Part shown: positions 13,135-28,754 of the stretch, piece by piece
How the letters are laid out: each line of letters opens with the position of its first letter
Numbering within the stretch: the first letter of the stretch is position 1
Assembly (NCBI RefSeq): GCF_964213995.1
Contig: NW_027590142.1
Coordinates: forward strand, 310,001 to 374,000
Source: Mustelus asterias
Lineage: Eukaryota
Direction of reading: 5' to 3'
DNA: 64,000 nt
The notes under the pieces: model-generated
The model's input: only the letters and a program-made list of their open reading frames with translations
What the model was told of the DNA's origin: nothing
The model's database searches: none
Position numbers and translations under genes: made by a program

Positions 13135-16100
13135 ATGTGTGGGTTAATCCTGAGGTGTGAAAGAAATGTTTTCACCGCTCTCTTCCATGGATCAGAGCTC
13201 CTTATCTGGGGAGAGAAAACAGGTCCATTCTGGGTTTGGCATCCAGCAAGCTGCTGTGGAAGCTTTCTTCATAAGAGGGAGAGAGGGAGGGACAGAGAGT
13301 GCTGTTCTGTTAATTTTCAAGGAACTTTTTTACATTTGATGAAGATTATTAGATAGTGATTGTTTACAAAGCATGCTCTGAAATCAGATTGATATAAAAC
13401 TGCGAGCTGTTCCTGACCACAAGTGACTATTCCAGTCTGAAAATGTCTCTGATCTGAAGTTTCCAAATGTTTTTGTGGCATTCCTGAGTTTTCAGATGAA
13501 AAGCGGTGACAACAATTGGTATTTACCCAGTAACAGGTTAAAATGTACCGAGACCCTTCACAGACGGTCAGAAGCTGGGTTGAAAAGGTAAGGAGCAGGT
13601 TTAGTGAGGGATTTCCATCCTTTCGGACCTCAGCAGGTGAAAGTACAGGTGGAGTGAAGCCGGTTGGGGGAGCTGAAGAGGGTCAGAACATTTTATTTTA
13701 TTGTCTCCTGGGATGTGGGCATCACTGGAAAGGCCAGAACTTGTTACCCATCCCTTATTGTCCCTGAACTGAGTGACTTGCTCGGCCCTAGACCCAACCA
13801 CATTGCTGTGAGTCCAGAGTCACACGTAGGCCAGACCAGATAAGGATGGCAGATTTCCTTCCCTAAAGGACATTGGTAAAGTTTTACAACAATCGATGAT
13901 AACTAACATGGACATCATTACTGAGACTAGCTTTAGAATTCCAGATTCATTAATTGAATTGGGGATTTGAACCCATGTCCCCAGAGCATTAGGCTGGACT
14001 TCTGAATGTCTGTTCCAGAAGTGGAAATGGTTGAGAGCTTCATGATTTGAGGTGTCCAGATCACCAACAACCTGTCCTGGTCCCTCCACGCCAACACTAT
14101 AGTTAAGAAAGGCCACCAACACCTCTGCTTTCTCAGGAGGCTAAGAAAATTTGGCATGTATTTTACACAGAGGGTGGTGGGGGCCTGGAATGTGCTGCCA
14201 GGCAAGGTGGTGGAGGCGGACACACTGGGAATGTTTAAGACTTATCTAGATAGCCACATGAACGGAGTGGGAATGGAGGGATACAAAAGAATGGTCTAGT
14301 TTGGACCAGGGAGCAGCACGGGCTTGGAGGGCCGAAGGGCCTGTTCCTGTGCTGTATTGTTCTTTGTTCTATGTCTGCTACGACTCTCATTAGCTTTTAC
14401 AGATGCACCATAGAAAGCACTCAAGTCTGAGATCACCGACCAACCGACTCAAGAACACCTTCTTCTCTGCTGCTATCAGACTCTTGAATGGACCTACCTT
14501 GCATTAAGCTTTTCTCTACACCCTAGCTATGACTTTAACACTATTTTCTGCACTATCTCCTTTCCTTCTCCCTGATGTACTCTATGAACAGTATGTTTTT
14601 TGTCTGTATGTTGTGCAAGAAACAATACTTTTCACAGTATCCCAATACAGATGACAGTAATAAACCCAATCAAAGACATTACCACTGTGTCACCTTCTTC
14701 CCTAATTGGAGGAGGGCAGGGAGCTCGGAGGGTTGTGGGGCTGGTGGAGGTTCCAGAGACTGTCTATCATGGAGAAAGTGGCTGCCTCCATGGAGCTTCA
14801 AGCACGGCTCTGACTTGCCTCCAAGCAGGTCATGACCATAAACTGTAAACTTCCAGCCCTTGTCCATTGTTACATCCCGAGGACCGGCTCCCCCTCTCTC
14901 TGGCTTTGTGCTGATTGTCGATCCGGCTGGGAGCCACTGGGTGGATGAGTGGGTGAAGGAATGTTCAGTGAACATGAAGGGGGTTGTGTCTGTTTCCCCA
15001 TTTTTGTTCTGTTCACTTTTCCAATATTTATTTATTTTCATTTTTAACCAAAACATATTCAAGTTGTAACACTGAAATCCAGAGGAGTTTAAATCTGTTA
15101 AAATCAATCCCATCCTGTCCACAGGAGGACTGGACTGGCCCCAACTTTTTATGGTATCAATAAACACAGATCTTACAAGATGTTTATTGGGGGAATTGTT
15201 TTTCTCTGAGACCAGGGACGGTCAAACACTGTCCCAAAGTTCAGATTAGAGCCGTGAGCCTGTGCTATGGGGCCACACACATGGAGCACCGTTCCCAGAT
15301 GTCCTTTCCCGGATGTCCTTCACCCCTGATATAAATCACCCCACCATTGGTGGCCGTGCCTTCAGCTGCCTGGACCCTAAGCTCTGGAATTTCCTCCCTA
15401 AGCCTCTCCACCTTTCCACTTCACTTTCCTGCTTAAACACTCTCCTTATAACCAATCTCTTTGGATCATCTGACCCAATATATCCTTATGTTCTTGTGGA
15501 ACTGCTTAGGACATTTTATTAAGTGAAAAGCTCCGCATAAATATTAGTTGTTGTTGTAGTTCAGTGAGATCTGATCACTTACTGAGTGAGTGTATCTGTA
15601 TAAATGTAACTCAGGTGGACACAGTTTGTTAGAACAGACTGAGGGAGAAGGAAGTTTTGAACGAACCACTGGACCTTTTGTTCTAACTTGCTTTTACACC
15701 CTGCAGCTAAATGTTTTCCAGACACACTGGCTGCCTACAGAATAAATCTGAAATTTTAAACATCACCCCCCCCCCCTCCACCAACAAGAAAAAAAACAAT
15801 ATAAATACATTGATATCAAGTGCATGGCTCTCATTGCAACATTCTTTTATTCATTTGTGGGACATGGTCATCGTTGGCTGGCCAGCATTTATTGCCCATC
15901 CCGAGTTGCCCTTGGTGGGCATTTAAGAAACAACAACATTGCTGTGGCTTTGGTGTCACATGTAGGCCAGACCAGGTAAGGACGGCAGATTTCCTTCCCT
16001 AAAGGACATTAGTGAACATACATGCAGATATAGGAATTAGGAGGAGTCGGCCACTTGGCCCCTTGAGTCCGGCCTACCATTCAATAAGATAATGTCTGAT

Positions 16101-17039
16101 CTGATTGTAACCTCAACTCCATATACCCACCTATCCCGATAAATTTTCACCCCCTTATTTATTGTTACGATCCTTGACCAGACCCTGGGATGTGAGGGGA
16201 GATCCAGTTAGGGACAATAAACACTTTGATTGAAATAATGGTTGCGATTCAAGACACTTGACAAGTGGCACGGTGGCACAGTGGTTAGCACTGCTGCCTC
16301 AGCACCAGGGGTCCAGGTTCGATTCCCGGCGTGGGTGACTGTCTATGTGGAGTTCGCATATTCTCCCTGTGTCTGTGTGGGTTTCCCCCGGGTGCTCCGG
16401 TTTTCTCCCACAGCCGAAAGTGTGCTGGTTAGGTGGATTGGCTGTGCTAAATTGCCCCTTAGTGTCAGGGGGACTAGCTAGGGTAAATGCATGGGGTTAT
16501 GGGTATAGAGCCTGGGTGGGATTGTGGTCGGTGCAGACTCGATGGGCCGAATGGTCTCCTCTAGGGATTCTATGAGTCTAACATGTGAATAAAGGCACAA
16601 GATTCCACAGATTCTGGAGCAGGATTGGAGGGGGCACTCCGCTCCCTCTCGGTCCTCCAGCCCCGCCCCTCATTCACTCTAGTTGGTTGGAGGACCAGCC
16701 GCTCCCACTTGGTCCTCCAGCTGCTCCCTCTCGGCTCTCCAGCCAACCAGCGAATCCTCTCTTTTCATTGTTGTGGAATCATAACCTGGAGCAAAGGCCC
16801 AACTGGGAAAAGGTGATTATTTCTGGATATTTAAAATCAGTAATAAAGTCATTAAAGTTGATTTGTTGTTGTGAGCTGCATAATTTGTTGGGATGAGAGT
16901 GAAGGAATGGACCAACAGCCTGAGTCACCAGTTTAAGGTCAGGAGGAGAGAGAGTCAGACTGAATCTGGAGCAATGAGCAGAGAGGGACAGGAGTGTGTG
17001 GGACACAGTTACAGATCGGGGGAAGTATATATGGGGGAA

Positions 17040-18250
17040 CTATAAGTATATAAAGAGGAAGAGAATAGCTAAAGTAAATGTTGGTCCTTTAGAGGACGAT
17101 ACTGATGATGGGGAACACAGAGATGGCAGAGACACTAAACCAATATTTTGCCTCTGTCTTCATGGTAGAGAATCATGAAGAATTTCCAAAAACTATCGTT
17201 AATGTAGAGGAACTTGGTACAATAACCATCGCTAGGGAGACAGTGTTGAATAAACTAAAAGGATTAAAGGCAGATAAGTCTCTGGGACCTGATGGCCTGC
17301 ACCCTAGGGTATTAAAGGAGGCGGCAGCAGAAATAGTGGATGCATTAGTTGTGATATTTCAAAATTCCTTGGTTTCTGGTAAGGTCTCGGTGGATTGGAA
17401 ACATGCTAATGTGATGCCCATATTCAAAAAGGTGAAAAGGGAAACAAAGTAGGAAAGCAAAGGCCAGTTCGCTTGACCTCTGTAATGAGGAAGTTGCTGG
17501 AATCAATCGTTAAGGAGGAGATGAATGAGCATTTGGAATGGCAAAGCTCAATCCATTATTGTCAGTCTGGTTTTATGCAGGGTAAGTCATGTTTAACAAA
17601 CTTGCTTAAATTCTTTGAGGACAGAACCAGCAAGGTGGATAGTGGGGAACCTGTGGATGTGGTATATATAGACTTCCAGAAGTCGTTTGACAAGGTGCCA
17701 CATAAAAGACTGATCCAGAAGTTGAGATCGCAGGGGATTGGGGGTATTGTACTAGATTGGATTGAGGATTGGCTAACTGACAGAAAGCAGAGGGTCGGGA
17801 TAAATGGGTCCTTCTCTGGCTGGCAAAATGTAACTAATGGGGTGCTGCAGGGGTCAGTCCTCGGACCTCAACTCTTTACAATCTATATAAATGATCTGCA
17901 AGCAGGGACAGAGTGTAACATAGCAAAATTTGCAGATGACACTAAAATAGGTGGGAAAGCAGTCAGTGAAGAGGATGTAAAGATTCCACAGATGGATATA
18001 GATAGATTAGGAGAATGGGTGAAAGTTTGGCAGATGAAGTTTAGTGTGGACAGGTGTGAGGTTATCCACTGACAGAAAAAAATGGAAAGGCAAATTATCT
18101 AAGTGGAAAGCAGCTTCACTATGTGTCCAGGTAGAGGGATCTGGGTGTCTATTTTCATGAATCACAGAAAGTCGGTCTGCAGGTGCAGCAAGTAATAAAA
18201 AAGGCAAATGGGATGTTGGTATTTATTGTAAAGAATCTGGAGTATAAACA
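17040..18250 (+). mobile_element. CR1-clade LINE reverse-transcriptase region (inactivated)
   Basis: GPDGLHPRVLKE, YIDFQKSFDKVPH, QGSVLGP, FADDTK; stops and frameshifts at ~17450 and ~18070. Confidence 0.92.
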
Positions 18251-18779
18251 GGTGGGGAGGTGGATTTGAGACCAGGGAGAGATCAGCCATGATCTGATTG
18301 AATGGCGGAGCAGGCTCGAAGAACTGAATTTGCCGACTTCTGCTCCTAATTCCTTTGTTCCCTTGAAAGCTTCCACAGAAACTAGAATTGTCTGCTCTGA
18401 ATTTCTGTCCTGTATTTATACTGATAACTTCTGTAAACTCCTTTTACAGGGGGTGAGAGGGAGAGGAGTTACAGACAGAAAAGTCAGAACAAACATCATG
18501 TCAAAATCTGAGAGTCACTCGATTCATCAGGAGCTGAATATCATTGATCTTTGAATGTGGAAGGAAAAATGTTTGTCTCTTCTGTCTGTGGGAAAAGATT
18601 TCATAAATCTGTGAGACTGGGAAAGCACCGAGCCACACACACACACACACCCGAGGGAGAGTGTTCCAGTGCACTGAGTGTGGAAAGAGCTTTAAACAGT
18701 TACACAGCCTGAAACTACATCACATTCACAGAGGGAAGAAACTATACAACATGTTGTGTGTGTGGACGAGGATTTAACT

Positions 18780-19491
<712 letters not shown>

Positions 19492-20619
19492 GGGCAGGGA
19501 TTGGATTCTGCTGTTATTGCTGCTGTTAATGATAACCAGGCCCTTTCATTCTGACAGCTGGAGTTTGTTTATACCCAGTAACTGGGCTGGAGTTTAATAT
19601 TCTGGATCTAGAGCTGATTGTGCTCCCGGGGCTGCAGTGTCCCTTTAACAACCTCTGTCTGCGACCTTTCCCCATAATTCAGCAACTCGCATCAGAAATT
19701 AATTTACAACAAGATTCTGAACTTCTTACTTCAATCCCAAATTGATCTTTGGTACAAACTTTACAATTCAGTGTCTGAGAGGTTCCACTGATTAACATCT
19801 CCAATTAAAATGCTGATTAATCCTTGCTGACAATTCTTACTGATCTGCACATTACACCCAGTGACACCTCCATTATCCACCAGAAAGAAGGGGAATGGAA
19901 ATTGGTGGAGAATCGAGAGTTCCCAAATGTTACCTCTCCCATCTAGTACAGAATTCCCCTCAGCCCGGGAGTGGAGACAAGTTCAATCCAAGTAACGGAT
20001 TGTAAGAAATTGCTATCTAATAACTTTATAAAATTTTCACAAATTTCTGGATTATAGAAGTAGCTCACTCTCTGTCTTATGAAGAAAGCTTCCATCGCAG
20101 CTCTGATAAAGGGTCATCCAGACTCGAAACATCGGCTCTATTTTCTCTCCACAGATACTGTCAGACCAGCTGAAATTTTCCAGCATTTTCTGTTTTTGAA
20201 ACACAGGACAGGCCTGTTATCTCTGCCAAGGACAATGTCTCTAGACCCTGAAACAAGAGATTTCTAACCCTGATACGATCGGCTCTCATGACCCGTACAT
20301 AAACCAGCTGCCTGTTTAAAACAGGCTCTTGAGAGCAAAGAGATTTTGTAGTGATCCGTACTGACTTCAGCCCAACACCCGCACTCTGGCTCACACCAGT
20401 AAACCATTCAGAGGAGACTGCAGCCACCAGCTACAGAGACCAGCACTCTCTCTGTGTCATCTGTCTGTTTGTCCTCTGGGACTGGTAAACCATTCTCATC
20501 TGCCAGTTTGTGGGTTTTTCCTGTTTATTTGGCTTCTGCATCATATTCAAAGTGTTGCTTCTCAATGAAATACTTCAAATCACTTCTGAACTCAACACCC
20601 TTTTTGGGTAATCTGTGAT

Positions 20620-20935
20620 TTATAGAAACATAGAAAAACTACAGCACAAAACAGGCCCTTCGGCCCCACAAGTTGTGCCGAACATATCCCTACCTTTTCG
20701 GCCGACCTATAACCCTCCATCCTATTAAGTCCCATGTACTCATCCAGGAGTCTCTTAAAAGACCCTATTGAGTTTGCCTCCACCACCACTGACGGCAGCC
20801 GATTCCACTCGCCCACCACCCTCTGTGTGAAAAACTTCCCCCTAACATTTCCCCTGTACCTACCCCCCAGCACCTTAAACCTGTGTCCTCTCGTAGCAGC
20901 CATTTCCACCCTGGGAAAAAGCCTCTGAGAGTCCA
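20620..20935 (-). mobile_element. Young CR1-clade LINE 3' end
   Basis: RGHRFKVLGGRYRGNVRGKFFTQRVVGEWNRLP plus TTCTATG-type tail. Confidence 0.88.
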
Positions 20936-21374
20936 CCCACTGCTAACCACTGTGCTACCGTGCCGCCGTGTACAAGTTGTACAAGACATTGGTGAGGCCA
21001 CACTTGGAATACTGTGTGCAATTCTGGTCACCCTATTCTAGAAAGGATATTAAACCCTCTGCAAATCCCCTGACACTAGGGTCAATTTAGCATGGCCAAT
21101 CAACCTAACCCGCACATCTATGGACTGTGGAAGGAAACCAGAGCACCCAGAGGAAACCCACACAGACACGGGGAGAATGTGCAAACTCCACACAGACAGT
21201 GACCCGAGGCCAGAATTGAACCCGGGTCCCTGGGGCTGCGAGGCAGCAGTGCTAACCACTGTGCCACCATGCAGTGGGACCAACATTCGTGTTTTAACTA
21301 ACATCACCATGGATTGATCAGTTGGACTGATTGCTGTTTGTGGAATCCTACTGTGTGCAAACTGACTGCTGGGA

Positions 21375-23290
21375 TCAACAACAACTTGTATTTATAGAAC
21401 ACGTTTAATGTAATAAAACATCCCAAGGTGCTTCAGAGGAATTTTGTAACAAAATACTGAGTCATACTGGGAGTCAGTGAATTGAGAGGAAAGATTCCAG
21501 ACAGCGGTTCTTCGAGGTCCACTACAGGCCCAACAGCTCAATCAGCTCTAGTCTCAGCTCAGGAGAGCTCGACAACCCCACATACTGTCCAAAGCTTGAC
21601 AGGAGTGGGAGATTTTAATGAGAATCTTTAATCAGGAGGGAGGGAATGGAGGGACAGAGAGGTTTAGGGAGGGAATCTCAGAACTTCACACCAGGACACA
21701 GACATTAATGATGGAGTAATTAAAATCAGAGATGTTCAAGAGGCCAGAATGAGAAGAGCACAGATATCTCAGAGGGTGTGTTATTGGAGATTAGAGATTG
21801 GGAAGGACAGGCCATGGTGGGATTTGAAAACAAGGATGCAAATGTTAAAATCAATGCATTACCTCATGTGGACCCGATGTAGTTCAGTGAGCACAGGATG
21901 TGATGGTGAACAGCACACGGGCAGCAGAGTTTTGGATAATCACAAGTGTGGGGAGGCGATGGGCTCGTGGTATTGTCGCTAGACTATTGTCAATGTTCTG
22001 GGGACCCGGGTTCGAATCCTGCCACTGCAGGTGGTGGAAATTGAATTCAATAAAAAAAATCTGGAATTAAGAATCTACTGATGACCATGAAACTATTGTC
22101 GATTGTTGGAAAAACCCATCTGGTTCACTAAAGTCCTTTAGGAAAGGAAATCTGCTGTCCTTACCTGGTCTGGCCTACATGTGACTCCAGACCCACAGCA
22201 ATGTTGGCTGACCCTCAACTGCCCTCCAGGGCCAATTAGGGATGGAGAATTATTGCTGGGCAGCCAGTGATGCCCACGGTCCACAAATGAATAAAAAAGA
22301 CATGTTTAATGTGGGGGTGGGGTGAGTGAGAGAGGCTGGTCAGGAATGGATTGGAATCATCCAGTTTAAGGGTAACACGGGTATGGATGAGGGTTTCAGC
22401 AGCAGGTGGGGTGGAGACAGGCGACATTATGGAGATTGAAATATCTGGGATCAGTGATGGGGTGGAAATGTGGTCAGAAACTCATCTTGACATCAAATCT
22501 GGCACGGAGATTGTGAAGAATGTGGTTCAGCCTCAGACAGTTCCCAGGGAGAGGGATGGACTCAGTAGTTAGGGAATTGTAGTGGTGACTGGTCTTCCCA
22601 ATTTTTAACTGGAAGGAATTTCTGCTCATCCAGTAGTGTATGTGGGATAAGCAGTTTGTTAATTTAGTAACAGTGGAGGAATGGAGGGGGATGGGGGTGA
22701 GGTCGAGCTGGGTGGTGTCAGTGTACAGGTGAAAACCAACACAGTGCTTTTGGATGATGTCACCTAGTGGCAGCATGGAGATGGGAAATAGGAGGGGCCA
22801 AGGGTAGATCCTCGGGGGACAGCGAGTTCAGGGGCTTTGGAGAGGAAAAGGAGGTTGGAGAGGAGGTCAAAGATTGTTTTTTCAGAGTGTGTGGTGACAA
22901 TGGATTTAAAGGTGAGAAGGCGAGGACTAGAAGAGAATGAGAACTGTAAAGAGTATTGATTAATATGGAGGAGGTGAATGGTCAACAGCTTCGTAGGAAT
23001 AAGGTCAATGGAACATAGTGGGGGATGGGGAGGGGGAATGTCATGGACAAGCTGAGTCTGACAGGACATAAGGGAGAGATGGGAGGGAAACTGGAAAAAG
23101 ATGCGAGTTCCAGACTTAGTGGAGGACAGTTTGGCCGAGTGTGAGAGAGAAGCAGCAGAGGCAGCTGATCAGATTGCCTCAATCTTAGTGACAAAAAGCT
23201 CTTTGGCTCCTCACACTTGTTGTTGGAGGTGAGGATGGAGAAGACAGGGAGAGGGTGAGAATTTTAAAAGGAACTAACTTGTAACAGCTA
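21375..23290 (-). mobile_element. Old L2-clade LINE fragment interrupted by a SINE
   Basis: LPLGDIIQKHCVGFHLYTDTTQL, VPRGSTLGP, LSNLLFLSK motifs; (TTG)n-type tail at ~21378. Confidence 0.75.
21955..22295 (+). mobile_element. Second tRNA-derived SINE family
   Basis: GGGTTCGAATCC B-box and core GGAAATCTGCTGTCCTTACCTGGTCTGGCCTACATGTGACTCCAGA; other copies at ~13695-14025(-), 15845-16015(-) and 48505-48790(+). Confidence 0.8.
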
Positions 23291-23452
23291 TTAAAAAGAT
23301 TCAGCACAGTGTACTTTACACAAACTATTTTTTCAATGCAAAAATATTAGCCCCTGTAACTGGGCTGGAGTTTAGAAATAGGAGCAGAAACAGACCCCAA
23401 TGAACACGGTTCAGTCCTGGATGTGATTAACAGCAAAATCCAGTCACTGTAG

Positions 23453-24208
23453 TTACACATGAAGTTGCTGGTGTCTCAGCAGGTAGGATGACCGAGTGAA
23501 TCCCTTTCCACATTCGGAGCAGGTGAATGGTCTTTTCTTGGTGTGAGTGCGCTGGTGTACAGTGAGTTCAGATGACTGCCTGAACCCAGTCCCACAGCTG
23601 GAGCACCTGAACGGTCTCTCGTCAGAGTGACATCGCTGATGGCAAATCAGATCCCAGCGTCTTTTATAACATTTCCCACAGTCCAGACATTGGAAAGGTC
23701 TCTCGTCAGAGTGAACTCGCTGATGGCACATCAGATCCTCAGAACCTTTAAAGCCCTTCCCACATTCCTGACATTTAAATGGTCTCTTGTCTGCGTGAAC
23801 TCGCTGATGTCTCAACATGTTGGATGAATCAGTGAATCCTTTCCCACACTTGGGGCAGGTGAATGGTTTCTCCAAAGCGTGAACTCGCTGGTGCTTCAAC
23901 TGGTTGGATAAATCATTGAATCCTTTCCCACACACAGTACAGCTGAATGGCCTCTCCCCAGTGTGAACTCGCCGGTGTCTCAGCAGGCTGGATAAATCAC
24001 TGAATCCCTTCCCACACTCGGAGCAAGTGAAAGGTTTCTCAGCGTTAGTGCGTTGATGAATTTCCAGCTCAGATGGGGAACAAAATGACTCCTTCCAAGT
24101 GTGAAGACATTTATGTTGCGACAAGCCTGATGATCGACTGAAGCCTCGTCCACACACAGAACAGGTGTATGGTTTCTCCCCACTCTGAACGGTGCTTTTT
24201 CCTTCCAT
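23453..24208 (-). CDS. C2H2 zinc-finger protein (ZNF-6), 8 fingers + 1 partly deleted
   Basis: ORF 23453-24466; likely ATG at 24208 ([16 protein letters not shown]). Confidence 0.88.
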   Translation of the reverse strand: MEGKSTVQSGEKPYTCSVCGRGFSRSSGLSQHKCLHTWKESFCSPSELEIHQRTNAEKPFTCSECGKGFSDLSSLLRHRRVHTGERPFSCTVCGKGFNDLSNQLKHQRVHALEKPFTCPKCGKGFTDSSNMLRHQRVHADKRPFKCQECGKGFKGSEDLMCHQRVHSDERPFQCLDCGKCYKRRWDLICHQRCHSDERPFRCSSCGTGFRQSSELTVHQRTHTKKRPFTCSECGKGFTRSSYLLRHQQLHV

Positions 24209-24819
24209 GTTCAATACTCGATGATATTCAGTTACAATAACTTGGGCAACTTTGTCAGATCCTGATGTGATGTTTGGTTTCCCGTCTCCCGAATACAAAC
24301 CTTCCCCTTTGAAGACCCTATAAAACTGATTTAAAACAGAAAAGAGTGAGTGAGAGAGAACCCACAAAAACAGGTTGTGAAATGGAGCTGAATGAATGCA
24401 GTAATTTGTGGGGCCGGCACTGGGAAAGAGTGACCATAAAAACTGCTGGATTGTCATATAAAACACAACTGACTCACTGATGTTCTTCAGGGAAGGGAAG
24501 CTGCCACACGGTCTGGGTCTTCACAAGACTCTGTCCTCTTTGAGGCGAGGAAAGTGAGAGAGGATTTGGGAGCAGAACAGAGGAGAGGGATTTTATATTT
24601 GTACAAATAAATCAGGATTTTAACAGATTCTCCTAAGACCAGGATATCCACACTAACTCCCTGTTGCGCCTTGATTTTCGTCATTGTCAACAGTCCCTCG
24701 ATTTGAGGATGATATTTATCATCATAGAATCCCCACAGTGCAGGAGGAGGCCATTCGACCCATTGAGTCGACACTGACTCTCTGACAGAGTACTTTACCC
24801 AGGCCCTCTTGCCCACCCA

Positions 24820-25580
24820 AGACATTGGTAAGGCCCACACTTGGAATACTGTGTACAGTTCTGGTCATCCTATTATAGAAAGGATATTATTAAACTAGGA
24901 AGAATGCAGAAGAGATTTACTCGGATGCTAACGGGACTTGGTGGTTTAAGTTATAAGGAGAAGCTGGGTAGACTGGGACTTTTTTCTCTGGAACGTAGGA
25001 AGCTGAAGAGCGATCTTATAGAGGTCTATAAAATAATGAGGGGCATAGATCAGCTAGATCGATAATATCTTTTCCTGAAGGTAGGGGAATCTAAAACGAG
25101 AGGGCACAGGCTAAAGGTGAGAGGGGAGAGATGCAAAAGGGTCCAACTTATAGAAACCCTACATTGCAGAAAGAGGCCATTTGGCCCATCGAGTCTGCAC
25201 CGACCACAATCCCACCCAGGCCCTACCCCCCATATCCCTACATATTTACCCGCTAATCCCTCTAACCTATGCATTTCAGGACACGAAGGGGCAATTTTAG
25301 CATGGCCAATCAACCTAACCCGCACATCTTTGGACGGTGCAATTGCAATTTTTTCACGTTGAGGGTGGTGAGTGTCTGGAACTAGCTGCCAGAGGTAGTA
25401 GTAGAGGCGGGTACAATTTTGTTTTTTAAAAAGCGTTTAGACAGTTACATGGGTAAGATGGGTATAGAGGGATATGGGCCAAATAAATGCAGGCAATTGG
25501 GACTAGCTTAGGGGTTTAAAAAAAAAGGGCGGCATGGACAAATTGGGCCGAAGGGCCTGTTTCCATGCTGTAAACCTCTA
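24820..25580 (+). mobile_element. CR1-clade LINE 3' fragment with nested SINE
   Basis: [18 protein letters not shown]...DLIEVYKIMRG; closely related copy at 40990-41680. Confidence 0.85.
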
Positions 25581-26519
25581 TGACCTATCCCCGTAGCCTC
25601 ACAGATTTATCTTAGCCAAGTCCCCTTATCTCCACATCTTGGGAAACTAAGGGGAAATTTATCATGGTCAATCCACCTAACCTGCACATCTTTGGACTGT
25701 GGGGGGGAAACTGGAGCACCCGGAGGAAACCCACGCAGATGCGAGGAGAACATATAAACTCCACAGAATTTCACAGTAACTTAATTACAGTGTTAAAGTA
25801 AGCTTACTTGTGACACTAATAAATAAATTAACTTAAGGCACCCAAGCCTGGCACTGTGAGGCAGAAGTGCTAACCACTGTGCCACCATGTCGATCGTGTC
25901 TACTTAGGGTTGTGAGTTTCACCATGGCTCTTCATGTGACTGAACAAACCCACAGATCTATAAATACTTAGCCAAAAAGATGTCTAGGTTAACTGGATTC
26001 GCCATTCTAAATTTCCCCTTAGCGTCCAAAGATGTGGAGGTTAGGGGGATTGGTGGGGTTACGGGGATAGAGCGGGCGTAAAATGCTCTGTTGGAGAGAG
26101 AGTGGCACAGTTGGTTAGCACTGCTGGCTCACAGTGCCAGGGACCCGGGTTCGATTCCCAGCTTGGGTCACTGAGTGGAGTTTGTACATTCTCCCGGTGT
26201 CTGTGTGGGTTTCCTCTGGGTGCTCCGGTTTCTTCCTACAATCCAATGATGTCCGGATTAGGTGGATTAGCCATGCTAAATTGTCCCTTACTGTCAGGGG
26301 GACTAGCCAGGGTAAATGTATGGGATTATGGGGATAGGTCCTTGATGGGATTGTAGTTGGTGCAGACTCGATGGCCAAATGGCCTCCTTCTGCTCTGTGG
26401 GAATTCTATGATGCCAGGACGTTCCATGAGGGAGTGGGATTCGGAGAGCAGGATTTGCTTCCTTTTCTTTCCGGCTCTGCCACCGCTCTGTCTGATCAAG
26501 AAGACAGTGGGACTCAGAG

Positions 26520-28400
26520 AACAAAGAACAAAGAAAATTACAGCACAGAAACAGGCCCTTTGGCCCTCCAAGCCTGCACCAACCATGCTGCCCAACTGAA
26601 GTAAAACCCCTTATCCTTCTGGGGATCATATCCCTCTATTCCCATCCTATTCATGTATTTATCCAGATGCCCCTTAAAACTCACTATCGTATCTGCTTCC
26701 ATTACCTCCCCCGGCAGCAGGTTCCAGGCACCCACCACCCTCTGTAAAAACCTTGCATCGTACATCTCCTTTAAACTTTGCCCCTCACACCTTAAACCTG
26801 TGCCCCCCAGTATTTGACTCTTCCACCCTGAGTAAAAGCTTCTGACTATCCACTCTGTCCATGCCCCTCAATCTTGCAGACTTCTATCAGGTCGCTCCTC
26901 AACCTCTGTCATTCCATTGAGAACAAAACCAAGTTTCTCCAACCTCTCCTCATAGCTAATGCCCTCCACACCAGGCAACATCCTGGTAAATCTTTTCTGT
27001 ACCCTCTCCAAAACCTCCACATCCTTCTGGTAGTGTGGTGGCCAGAATTGAACACTATATTCCAAGTGTGGCCTAACTAAGGTTCTGTAAAGCTGCAACA
27101 TGACTTGCCAATTTTTAAACTCAATGCCCCGGCTGATGAAGACATACGCATGCCGCATGTCTTCTTGACTACCTTCTCCACCTGTGTTGCCACTTTCAGT
27201 GACCTGTGTACCTGTACACCCAGATCCCTCTGCCTATCAATACTCTTAAGGGTTCTGCCATTTGCTGTATATTTCCTATCTTTATTAAACTTTCCAAAAT
27301 GCATTGCCTCACATTTGTCCGGATTAAACTCCTTCTGCCATCTGTCCGCCCAAGTCTCCAACTGATCTATATCCTGCTGTATCCTCTGATGGTCCTCATC
27401 GCTATCCGCAAATCCACTAACCTTTGTGTCATCTGCAAACTTACTAATCAAACCAGTCACATTTTCTTCGAAATCATATTATATATATATATATATTACG
27501 AACAGCAAAAGGTCCCAGCACTGATCCCTGAGGAACGCCACTTGTCACAGCCCTCCATTCAGAAACGCACCCTTCCACTGCTACCCTCTGTCATCTATGA
27601 CCGAGTAAGAAGTCTCACAACACCAGGTTAAAGTCCAACAGGTTTATTTGGTAGCAAATACCATAAGCTTTCGGAGCAGAGCTCCTTCGTCAGATGGAGT
27701 GGATATCTGTTCTCAAACAGGGCACAGACACAGAAATCAAATTACAGAATACTGATTAGAATGCAAATCTCTACAGCCAGCCAGGTCTTAAATGTACAGA
27801 CAATGTGGGTGGAGGGAGCATTCAACACAGGTTAAAGAGATGTGTATTGTCTCCAGACAGAACGGCTTGTGAAATTCTGCAAGTCCAGGAGGCAAGCTGT
27901 GGGGGTTACTGATAATGTGACATAAATCCAACATCCTGGTTTAGGCCGTCCTCATGTGTGCGGAACTTGGCTATCTCAAACTATCTACACACCCTTTCCG
28001 GATTCATCATCCACCAAGTCCTTCTCTTTGGTGAATACTGACACAAAGTACTCATTTAATACCTCGCCCATTTCCTCTGGCTCCACACATAGATTCCCTC
28101 CCATGTCCTTGAGTGGGCCAACCCTCTCCCTGGCGACCCTCTTGCTCTTTATATATGTATAAAAAGGCTTGGAATTTTCCTTAATCCTGCTGGCCAATGA
28201 TTTTTCATGACCCCTTTTATCCCTCCTTACTCCTTGCTTAAGTTTCTTTCTAATTTCCTTGTATTCCACACTTGCTTCGTGTGTTCCCAGCTTCCTAGCC
28301 TTGACAAATGCTTCCTTTTTCTCTTTGACTGGGCTCACAATATCGCTCGTTATCCAAGGGTCCCAAAACTTGCCATATTTATCCTTCATCCTTACAGGGT
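26520..28400 (-). mobile_element. CR1-clade LINE ORF2 (internally deleted, interrupted by a Penelope-like piece)
   Basis: [39 protein letters not shown] motifs. Confidence 0.9.
27604..27975 (-). mobile_element. Penelope-like element 3'/pLTR fragment with minimal hammerhead motif
   Basis: Reverse complement encodes AKFRTHEDGLNQDVGFMSHY, followed by the same terminal sequence as 29470-29610. Confidence 0.85.
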
Positions 28401-28754
28401 TTATGCAGTTTGATGGACAAGTTGTCTCCATTCTGAACAATGGGGAACAAGCTCCTCTCACCGAAGCTCAGGAGCAGCCGTGTGTATTATCTACAAGATG
28501 TACTGCAAGAATTCACCAAAGGTCCTTAGACAGCACCTTCCAAACACACAACCACTTCCATCTAAAAGGACAAAGGCAACAGAGGCATGGGAACACCACC
28601 AGCTGCAAACTCCCCTCCAAGTCACTCACCATCCTGACTTGGAAATATATCGCCGTTCCTTCGCAGTCGCTGGGACAAAATGCTGGAATTCCCTCCCTAC
28701 CAGCAGGGTGGATGTACCTGCACCACATGGACTGCAGTGGGTTCAGGTCCCATA

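Noticed and set aside
24209-24466. N-terminal effector domain on ZNF-6
   Set aside because: The extension runs through acceptor/intron-like and SINE-derived sequence and shows no KRAB/SCAN/BTB motif.
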